Shown here piece after piece: positions 1 to 12,000 of a stretch of DNA of 64,000 nucleotides. The notes beneath the pieces were generated by a model. That model worked only from the letters and a program-made list of their open reading frames with translations. It searched no databases and had not been told where the DNA came from. The DNA is from Haliotis cracherodii (Eukaryota): contig NW_027266264.1 of NCBI RefSeq assembly GCF_022045235.1, positions 47,678,001 to 47,742,000 on the forward strand, in the 5' to 3' direction. The position numbers and the translations under genes were made by a program. Position 1 is the stretch's first letter. The number at the start of each line of letters is the position of its first letter.

Positions 1-3000
1 GCCCAGTCTGTGGGAACCTCCACTCTGTACCCAGGTGTGGTGGCTTCGGATCCTTTGCGTTGAGGAGCGGGTCGCTGAAACACCATTGCACAGTCAAGGC
101 GTGTCATCTCGAGTGTGAAGTTTTGATGAAACTGTTTGGTATCAAGANNNNNNNNNNNNNNNNNNNNNNNNNNNNNNNNNNNNNNNNNNNNNNNNNNNNN
201 NNNNNNNNNNNNNNNNNNNNNNNNNNNNNNNNNNNNNNNNNNNNNNNNNNNNNNNNNNNNNNNNNNNNNNNNNNNNNNGGGGGGGGGGGGGAGAGTACCG
301 AAGTGTAAAAAAAACCACAAAGGACCGACACAGGCTGCCGTGTAAACAAGGTTGTACTTTTGAATATGACTCGTGAAGAATTGGTTTTCAGCAACCCATG
401 CCTGCCTTAAGAGGCGGCTAACGGGATCGGGTTCAAGCTTGCTGACTTGGTTGATGCACCCCTATTGCGTAGATCGATGCTCATGAAGTTAATCGATTGT
501 CTGGTTCAGACTCAGTTATTTACAGCAGACTGTTGTCATATAGCTGGAATAGTGTTGTGTGCGGCGTTAAACAACAAACAAACACACTTTTGAATATACC
601 TAACCTTGATATTTCGTTTCGAGATATATACTAGTATGTTATAAGATCACAAAAGCCGACCGTGTGCAAATTTGGCATTGTAGAAAACATTTCAGCATCA
701 ATATCCTACCACATTTCTGTAGAAAATGTGAAAATGTACCAACACATTATGTTCTATATGTTTGTAACAAAGACAGATAACTCTTCGTACTCACCATACT
801 TCCAGTTCGTATACTCCATCCTTTCCATATCTATGGGTTGTTATGTCACCGTTATTCCATCGCACCTGATGATGATAGGATACAAAGATGTGTTGGTCCA
901 AGTGAGATACAAGCGCATACAAATAAGTTGTCTCCACAGCTGGACCTTTCTATTTACTTGTAAACGGAGTTTGTTCAAAAGCCAAAGGGCCAATAATCAA
1001 AATGCTTTTTAGTCCTTTGTAAATGATTCTGAAAAGAATCGTCCGTCGGGTGAAGTGAAAATATTTGTAAAATTGTGGTGGATTATTTTATGATATTATT
1101 CATTTTTTTTATTCTGGTTCTTTTTTTTTCGACGGGAGGGGAGGGGGGAAATGGGATACGACAAAGGTTAACTGCGCTTCACATTTTGATCTTGTATTTT
1201 CATCATTAAAATTGACGTACAGACGCGACGGGGTGAATTTTTTCTACAAAAGTACTTCAGCCATTTACAAAATATTGTTTTTGGATACAATCTGTCTGAA
1301 AAGTTTCTGTAAGTTTTGTCCTCTTGCCGGCCGCCGTCATATACTCGTTTTAAGTTCAACACGTATTTGCTTGTAATAGGAAACAGATTACAGCTGAACT
1401 GTTCACTTTTGCTTTCAACTTTGTCATGTTCATCTACACTCTGTTCATTTCATCGCGGTTATATTCATGTTTGGACGCTGGTGAGATGATTCTGCACCCT
1501 ACATCAGCCAGTATGTGACCGACGATGTCCCAGCGTAAGTAGATCTACTGCATTTATCAAATATATTGGCTTTCTTCGGTGTCCCTGCTTCTACATGATA
1601 ATGTTCCATGATAGTTCCGGGCCTTTGGATATTTTTGATGCATGGTGCAAGAGAGACACTAAGTCTTGTTAATAACCCCTACCTTCACTTCCTGGTCTCC
1701 CCTCCGCCTGATGACGACACCGATGTTACCATCTACCCCGTCCTGGTTCAATGAGTGCCAGCCCCGACCTGACATAGCATCACAAGCAAATCCATAATTC
1801 ATACTCCCTTGTCGAGTATACGGTTTATCTTGTTGTAAAATACACACACACAGAGTAGAGGGGGTAGAGGAGAGTGCTAAAGAACGTTACATTTTTTATA
1901 GGTATTTCACAGCACAATTTCCCATTATCGTGAGACATATCAAGAGACGTCAGCAAGTCCTGAAAAACATGGCTCTGAGTATTAGAGATCATTTTCAACA
2001 ACATAAAACGAGGATTCTCCAAGAAGCGTTTGCCAATGTTATCTTAAGATGTCATATAGCATCATTCTCTGGTGCTACTTTCTCATGCCACTAATGACAG
2101 CAAATCTAGTGAAGCCGCACATAAGAACAGAATCACATACTGTACCGGTACAGAGATGCTTAATACTATGTTAATACTATCAATGTTTTCTTCAGACACA
2201 AGGATGATATTGATATCCCCGGAACAGTCCGATATAATTTACAACGGAAGTCAACGTCAGAAATGCGCAGTATGAAATGTGTTAACCTCGTTTTACTCTG
2301 ACCCCAAGTTGGAGGAACTGATCTGACTCCGGGATGCGATGACGTCCGTCAACTGTAGCTACATCAAAGACACCATTTAGGTTGTAGCGGTACCGGTTCC
2401 TCTCGCCGCTGTCCCAGAGTACCCACACCCAGTCTGGAAGGTAACATGATCATGATCATTATGAAAAAATACACCGGGATTTTTTACATATCTATAAGGA
2501 ACATATGCATTCCAATCAACGAAAACTGACTTCAAATCGTAACATAAGCACAACTTCATATAACATGAAGAACATGATCACATACCGTCACAATTATTTT
2601 TGAATTTCTTTTATTTCAGAATACTGTAAGAAATCACTTTATCCACGAACATCATTCTAAACTAAATAAGCATGTTTTAAGGCAGATTTTAACTTTGCCA
2701 TGGTTTCATTCAAGCGTGCCGTCGAAATTAGGGCATTTTGCAAAGGAAAAGAGCAGGAGCTATAGGTGGAGGCAAATGTTCCGAATATGGCGTCGATATT
2801 GACTCTAGTCCAACAATGGCAATAGAACATCGCTAAAATTGAATGTGATTTTAAAGTAAACTGCAATTCCAAAAAATAAACTTTCCAAATGGTATGTCTA
2901 TGTTTACGTGGCCATGGCAACCCGATCAAGGAGTCTTACTTTCGTTCTCATCGTGGTTGATGATGGTGCCCACGCCCTGCAAGTCCTGATCCTCCCACTT

Positions 3001-6000
3001 CCAGTCTTTACCTCTCATCACTCTGCTCCCAAGGGGTGCTAGGTCAGGGTTCTCGTACACATTGTCAAAGTCGTCAGGTTTCGCGTCTTCATTCTTACTT
3101 TTGAGCTTCTCACTCACAGCAGCTACAATCTCATCCTGTCAGAAGAACAACGACAGGTCTCAACAGATGTAACCTCAAACAAGACACGTCTTTATGTAAT
3201 TGTCCCAATTAGGTAACGATTAGATCTGACTGTAGATTATCGATGCATTTTGGCGATTGTGTGAGTGGCAGATGCTACCGGAGACCAGGACATGTTTATC
3301 CTTTTCACGAATACCTCAATAATTTTCAGTGATCCATTCATATAATATTCACCGCTGTGTTGCCTTATACACCCAATGGCATCTGTTTCGTCGGATAATT
3401 GGGACGAGACGCTGGTTATATCTTGGGTTGAAGTTTTATATTTATGCGTGTCTGTTCCGTGCATCACCTAGCTACCAGTCAGTTACGGCTATGTACACAT
3501 GCTTCTTTTTCCCAATATACTACTGAGAGTTTGTTCAGGACAATTCGTCTGATAAAGATATATTGGGCGCGTTATGGAGCCTCCAGTGCCTCACTTACCA
3601 TGTCGCTCGGATTGACGTCGCCCACGATAGCATGAGCTACAGCCTCTATGGCATGCTGGACGTTCGGGAAGTCGTCCTTGCTGGAGCGGACACACGCATA
3701 TATCTTGCCTATACTGTCCTGTAATAGAATCATATTATTTCTTCAGTCATCATGCACGTATGTATTGTATTTACACTTCTAAAAGCTAAAAGCAGGTAGT
3801 AGTTCTCAAAGGGTCGTCAGTGGGTTACACTATCGAGTTCAACGTCTGTCAGAACATTTCTCTAGAAAAAGTATTCTATCGACTGAATAGATCACTCTGT
3901 ACAGAACATTGTTAGTACCTGTATTTGATAGTAACGTATCAGCTTTGGTATATCCTCTGCCTCTGCCACCTGCCCATTACCAATTTTGGCAAGAGACGTC
4001 AGCAAGTCCTGAAAAAACATAGCTCTGAGGATTAGAAATTGGTCCTCAGCTTCCACTCGTCGATTGTGATACCATTATGTTTATGTTTAATACATAAAAC
4101 CAAGTAAGAACAATTAACACACATAATGCACACAACTAATGGCATATTCCTGGACTGCAGTCAACATCAGCCTTACTGTATCAGCGTCGCCGACTGGAAT
4201 CCAGACAATGGGAGAGGGCTTGGTCTTGTGTTTCTTGGATCCTAGTTCCATCATGAGATTGATGATGGGAACTTTAGCCTGAAACATATACCTAACATAT
4301 TTTCAATTCAGTTATCTACTAAAAACGAGATAATACATTCAACAGTTGGTCTGTAAATTTGAATTGAAAGTATATATTTTATGAAAACGATAAAACGAGA
4401 TTTGCCACGTTTCTTTTCCAGGTCATATATATATGCCTTAATAACAATCCTTTTGCTTGGAACTGAGACCACCTATTCCAGAATTAAGTCAATAACACGT
4501 TGAATATTTCAGAAGGAGCAGCATTATATTATTGGTGAAAATAACCCACGTTTGCTGACTGGATGTCGGGGCCGAAATCTTGACTTTCGTCTGTCAGTTT
4601 TCCATCAGTGATCACAATAATCCTGGGACGGAGTCGGTGAACTTTGTTCACAGTAAGCACACCACCTAGTCGAATTAAATTCAAGGGGCTAAGCACACAT
4701 TGACTTTCACAATAGTCACCAATGAGTCAATATATATTAATGTTCCTGTTATTTGTCTCTTGTAAGGGATTGACATAGCCTCGTCATCAAATTGTGATAT
4801 TGTTATATGGAGTAGTATATATTATGTGACAGTATCACCTTTCCCCTGGATAGCTGCCAAAGCGACGATCAGCATTTCAAATAGTGGTGACCTGCCTTCT
4901 GGTTTTAGTGAATCTGAAGACAGAGACAAAAACATAAATACGTTTAACCAGTTACATTATTATACACTATGTTTAAAGTAGTTGAGTGAAGGGCAAATTC
5001 TGGATACTGACCGAGAGCATCTCTGACTCTGGAGTAGTCGTTAGTAAGCTGCTGGACCACCCTTGCTCGACCGGACACGCTGACCACAGCAACGTTCTCC
5101 TCCAGAGTATGATTCTCAGCGATATCCTCAAGACCTGTACAGAGAATGGTGGCTTGACTTTGTGGTCTCAGCTGTGTGTGGATAATTGAACTGTAACTGA
5201 ATATTGCTTTACGCGCAGACAGTAATATACCTTGTAAGTGATTGTAAATATTCTGAGTTACAGACGGTGATTGATTATAAAATATAATCCTTGATTATCC
5301 GAAGAAACAGATTCCATCGGCTAAAATGCAAAATAGCTGTGAAAATTATATGAATGCATAAAAAAGTAATTGTTTCTTGCCTGGCGCCCCCATGGGAATT
5401 TGGCCAAGAAGTTAACTTAACCTTCAGGTATATAGATAATCTGATATCGTTCAATAATGGTCAAACAGCCAAGTCGCTTTCACTGATTTCCCCACTTGAA
5501 CAAGAAATAAAAGAAAATAAGCGAAAACTCCTCATCTGTTTCATATTTTGATCTTTGTATTGAGTTACAAAACCTCGTTGTCTGTACGTTTATTAATATT
5601 TGGCATGTATTGTGGCAACGTTTATTTTTATAACTGAATCATGCCATTGTTGCATTAGCTGTATTGTTAGTTTTCACTTCTAATGTAACCTTTTCCTAGT
5701 CATTTAATTCAATTTAAATATCAATACTAACGTCTGATTAGTTCAAAGTTTGGTTTTATTCCAATATATATATACTAAAGTCTGATTAGTTTAGGATTGA
5801 TATTCAAATTGAATATATATATATATATATATATGGGCGCAAGACATTTAGGCCAGCATATATATATATTTGGGCGCAAGACATTTAGGCCAGCAGTGGA
5901 CGTCAGCATGAGCCCCACTTGTGCTACCCTTCTTGCTGTTCTGTTTCTTTAAGCATTTGACGTGGAATTTCTGCTCGGTTTGGCAAAGTTGGTAATTTGG

Positions 6001-9000
6001 CCATGAAGTTACCTTAAGCATCAGGTAAATCGATGATCTGATATCGTTCAATAATCATCAAATAGCCAATTCCCTTCCACCTATATACCTACCTGCGCTA
6101 GAAATAAAGGAGTTCAGAGATATCCCCTCATCTGTTTCATATTTAGATCTGAAGATACAACACTCTCAAAAAGTTAACTCCCCTTGTCAAGCAGCATTCC
6201 AGCAGCAGCATTCCATTTTCGCGACCAGCTGTTATCATTACGTTCTGAGAGTGATGCATGAATGCATGCTTATCATAGTTGGAACGGTAACACGGACACT
6301 GCACTTTGCAGATATTTCATATGATTATGGAACCCGTAAAAATCTATGGTAGAATAGGTCTTCAGAACACATGCTTGCCGTAAAAGGCGACTAACGGGAT
6401 CGGGTGGTCAGGCACTTGACTTGGTTGATGCATGTCATCGATCCCAATCATATGATTATGGAAATGGTCTTGTCGCTTTTATATAAGTTTTACGATCCAA
6501 TCCGTCACGGCTTAGCTATTCAGCATGTTTAATATTGCGCCAACCAAATTTTCATAATCAACCTACCATTGATGAATGTGTCGGTGATGTCCTTCATCTG
6601 TCGGAAGGCGTCTCCTGCCATACTCTGGGAGCAGTCGAGGCAGAGGATGGTATCAAGAGACTGAGCTCGAGGGGAATTATCTGGTGGCACAGGTCGCATA
6701 TAGCATTAGCACGTACAGACATAATTAATAAAAGAAATTACCTCGAAGTTAACCAACTGCAGTAATTATATCTTATATAGTGATCAACCTTTTGACATCC
6801 AAGTGTTATTTGTTTCGACAATCATGCTTACAACTGTCGTATTCACTGCGGATATTAGATAGCATTAACCCCTAACAGCCCGTCCTCCATGTAGACAGCA
6901 ATCCCGGCGCGGTTGTGGGCTCCCGTTTCTTTATGTCTAGATGACGTCAAACTGATGCCAATATTCACAGACACTATGAGGGGCCAGAGACCACCCACCA
7001 TGGTTTTGAATTCATTACGTACCATCTTCAAGGGCTGATTGTGCCGACTTCTCTATTGTCTTTAGGTCTACTTCAGAGTCGCGTCCAATCGCTGACTGAG
7101 CTATTGCCATCAGTTTATCTGTTGACGCCCCTGAAAAGACAATATTGATATCACACATGATATGTGTTTTTAAATTCAAGGTGTTTTGTTTTCATTGTAG
7201 TTGTTTCACAGACTTCTGAATGCCAGCTGTAACCAAAAACCCCAAGGACTGTTTGTTCCTCCCACATATCCGTGCATACATTAATTGTATTTGTTTTATT
7301 AGTGAGTGAATTGAGTTTAACGCCGCTTTGAACAGTGTTTCAGTTACATCACGGCGTGTCAGCTTAATGTGGGAGGAAGGCCTCAAGTTATGGAGGTCTT
7401 AGACGTATATTTTATTATAGAAGACTGTGGTCATTAATGCTATACCAGCTGGTGCTTACCTTTAACTTTTGGCTTTGCACCACCAGCAGATGTGACAAAT
7501 CTGTTGACAGAAATACAGTGATAAAACAACTGCCACTGAAAAAAAGGCTCAATAAAAAAGCAGAGCATTTTGACTGGTGTATGTTAATCGATGTTAACTG
7601 CCGGGTAAAAGAAAGTCTACACCCATGTTTGATGGTGGCTAAACCTGAAACAAACGAGAAATGGTTATTCGATAATGTACAGTAAACTACGGTTATAACG
7701 AACACGCATATAACGAACTGACCAATATAACGAACTTATTTTCAGTCTCGACCATTTGTTGTATAAATGCTGTATACATGCTAATAACGAACTACGGTTA
7801 GTACGAACTAAAAGTAATGGTCAATTCGAGTTCGTTATAACCGTAGTTTAATGTACTTGTTATGGGTATCATGCTTGTGTTTTGTGCCTTAATTAAGTTT
7901 GCATTGTTTCGACGACTGTTTTCAGCCTTGTAACGTTTTGATCAAATTTGTAATGTTTCGATCAAATCCAATTTTCAATATACTTTTTTTGTCCGTCGGC
8001 CCTTTCCTCGAATACCATCTGATTTGTGTTTTATATTGTGGAAATAACATATTTGAAGAAAATTATCATTTCTTTATTTTGGATTTGAGCTTTTACAGAA
8101 ATTCTTTTCTTACTGTGGGACACCTCCTTCTTCATGGGTTGCAGGATGAGGAGGAGGCTTACTCCCTGTGGGATCGGTGTCAGTGTGATCGACGCCTGGT
8201 GACGTCGCAGTGGGACGAACGTCAGATTGATGACGTCCTGTACCTTCCATACGGCCTTGCTGCTGAGCTCCAGTGAATACTGTCGATGGTGTTTGGGATT
8301 CCGCTGTTCTTTGACTTGAATTTAAAAAAGTGTTAATGATGATCTTCTACATAGTGTTGTGGCCAATAACTGTTGCAAGTTATTCCCAGTTCGCCCCAAT
8401 TATGTTTCTAGGTTTGTCAGCAAGGATTCATCGTTGGGTTATCCTCCCACATTAGGCTGACACACCGTGATACAACTGGAATACTATTCGGTGTAACACT
8501 TACTTTGTAAAGCACAGATTCTCGTACTTTGTTCTGTTTTTCTTTTTCTTTCCTTTTTTTTGGGGGGAGGGGGGGGTGGGGGGTGGGGGGAGGGGGTGGG
8601 GCGGTTGGTAAGGGGGGGGGGGGGAGCGGGGGGGGAGTCCCGAAAATATAACATTTGTTACATTTGACCACTTTCTAAATGGCATTTCGGTTATAAATTT
8701 ATTTTTAAACGTTTTGTCATATAATGACGTCAGCTTAGTTTCATGGAACTACTCACGGTTGATGAAACACGATTCCTGGCTGATGGGTTTGAGCATATGC
8801 AGCGATGGCCGTCATGTTGCCTGATGTAAAGTTGCTGATGGGCTCATCGATCCAAGCACCGACTGTGTTCTTTCCCATGACTTCTGGAGTTTGACTTAGT
8901 GTGCCAGCCTCTGCTACTTCATCAAAATCAGGTTGGGTATTAGTTTCTTCTTTCTTAAGTTCCTGCAACCCTATACTTATGCTCTTCACTCTGTCTAAAA

Positions 9001-12000
9001 TTGACTTGATCTGGCTTTCTTGTGCAATTTGACCTTGCTCCTTCAATGTGTCGTGCTTATCAGCATCTTAAAGGAAAACCATTATTATCATAAGTCGTAA
9101 TAAATACTGCAGGTTTTGCATTACCGTGTGATGCGTAAGTAAATATGGGAGGCTTGCTTATACCTATACATAACACTTTAAATTTACTACAGATACATGT
9201 TTCTTAATCGAGTTTTTGACTAGTACTATAAAACCGGACTAGTACGAGCAGCCACACACATGTTACATAAGTGATCTTATATATTTTGAACGAGACGTTA
9301 ATCCGCATGGCATCTCACTTCTATATAGTTAATTGGCCTGTGTTTTGTAGTAGAGCACATCAGTGGTACAATGTCAGTGCGACTGATAGGAAGATAGAAT
9401 GATGGACTTGATGTATTATGGAATGGAATGTATTTTCATCTCTACTACAAAAAAGTCAATGCTGTAAAAGAATCTGATTTAAAACACTACATTAGGAAAG
9501 GACAGAAGGAATGCTGAATGTAAGATGTTTGTTTAACGCCGCACTCAGCAATATTCCAGCTATATGACGGCGGTCTGTAAATAATCGAGTGTGGACCAGA
9601 CAATCCAGTGATTGACATCATGAGCATCGATCCACGCAATTGGGATACGATGACATGCATCAACCAAGTCAGCCAGCCTGACCATCCGATCCCGTTAGTC
9701 GCCTCTTACGACATGCATGGGTTGCTGAAGACCTCTTCTAACTCGTATCTTCACGTATCGGAATGCATGAATGAAGAGTTGAGTCTTGATTATACTTTCA
9801 AACATTTGCACTATATTATTGTTTGAATCCAATAAGTAGTACAATGTATTTATGAAACAGCACCTGACACAGTAAATGCATGTTATGACTTGTATGTTAC
9901 TATTGTCACAACTGATTTCACAACTCGTTTCAGTATATAAAGCCATGATATAAGTGCGTGTACCTGACCTACAGTACAGCTCGTCGTCCTCCAGTTCGTC
10001 GGCCCGTGCTTGTGGTCTGCTGGGGACAAAGACCATTAGATGTCACGTGGGGAAGTCTGCCGTGTTAGACACATACCTACATCTCTGTACGTGTTTGCAA
10101 ACATACATAATGTAATAATTCGAACAAAAGTGACTCATTTCAAAATATATATAAGATGTTTATAAGCGTTTATCATTTAAGTCCTTATGATGACGTCACA
10201 CTATTCTTGATGCAGATTCTGAGCTCGGGATCACCATAGTATGGCATAATTCGGATAAATTATTCGAATTTCTTCATTCTACTTCCAGAGTCAACAGATT
10301 TGAGTGATGTATCCAATACATCGGCAGGCTAAAGTCAACGGATACAAATGGTATTCGCATGGGTCATTTACGGAAACATGTGAACATAAAAGGGTCCGGT
10401 AAGTACTACTTTCAGTCATTACAAACAAACATGGCGTCGCCCTTGTCTATCGGCCGTCGAGTCAGACATGACCCTCGGGAACCTGGAGAAATGACTTGGA
10501 TAAAAGATTCAACAGTTGAAGAAGTTATTCTTGGTTCAGATCGAGAGGACTGATTATGTGCGTCTGGCAATAATTGACTTAGACAGTAGCCAGGAAACTC
10601 TTGACCGACGTCGTTTCTTCGTCGCCGAACTGGTGATCCGTCAGACTGCTCACGTGCAGAAAGTTGAATGAAAGCAAATATATGTAGTTTTCATAAAACG
10701 TTTTTTTCCCGACTGACAGATCGGGATAATGTTATGACGTAATATATTAAGGCGCACATTCAAGGAAAACCTGCAAAGTTTAGGTAAAAGTTACTTATAA
10801 TATATATAACTATATAAATAAAAATACTTTTGTAATACTAATATAAATATACTTATATAAATAAATATATAAGTAAATATATTACCTATAATATATAAAT
10901 TTAGGTACAGTTTGTGAGATGAGAATACGTTTTTCGAATACAAAGGCGATCATGCTTACATTTCTACAAATCTTATATTTGGCACATTGTTAAATACTAA
11001 ATCTAAGTAATAATTTATGGCATCTTCATAAGAGTGGTGATAACAAATATGATATCGCTCAAATAATTCCATAATATGCACTGTCAAATGAAGAGTAAGA
11101 AAATTGATCCTATTTACACCGCAGACAGCAAAGTCCATCTATTATTCACAGCAGCCTGCACATAGTCGAGTCTTGACCATACAAAGCAGTGACAGTATGT
11201 GAAACACCTAGAAACAGATTTGGATTACTATGTTCTGTAGTTAAATCCTACCCTGCTGCTTCTGATGTCAGCGACGATGCATATCTGGAACGGTGCATGG
11301 GTTCAGTTACTTGTACACTCTCAAAGGACACTTCTACTTCGACCTTACGCCCGGTGATATTGAACACAAAGTCTTTAAATATGTTTATAAGCGGGCCTGG
11401 CCGGCTCTCCATGTCCTGGACTGACTGACGGCTTGAATGGGCGACCTCAATCACAACACACCCGTCGAAAATCCGTGTGATGTGTACTCTGTACTCATCA
11501 AAGAGGTCCTGTATCATTTTTCGTGAGAATTGAAAATTGTCTTTCTTGAAACCCGCAAGTAAAGAGTGATAAATATTATCAAACGCCTCCAAAACTTTAA
11601 CTTTTATATTTCTCTTTATCTTCTTTTCGGAAGACTCCCAGGTGAAGGTAATGCTAGTCCCGTCGCTGCACCTTCCTGAAACCAAGAGCAACATTTCTGA
11701 ATCCTCCTATATACCAGCCATTACAAAACTGTGGTATACAGACAGACACATTTATTCATCAATAAAGGCCATCGGACCACAATACAATAATATTTTTATA
11801 ATATCCTGCATACAATGTATTTAAATTGAATCAGTGTTTTCTCATTTCCTTATTGCAAAAGTTTTAACTAAATATAGTCCACTGTTGTATATAGCTGGTC
11901 TCTCAGTAGATGTCATGAGGTGGAAACATTTTTCAGTCGTTGAAAAATGTGTATAATATAGACGTAATATTGTTTTCCAAGATGAGAGATATGGTTCTCA

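Noticed and set aside
8417-8685. Proline-rich ORFs
   Set aside because: Artefact of a poly-G/poly-T tract next to a SINE fragment.
10330-10650. GC-richer segment as an extra exon of paralog 1
   Set aside because: Frames tested hit stops, and the flanking exons (11252 and 10019) already join in phase.
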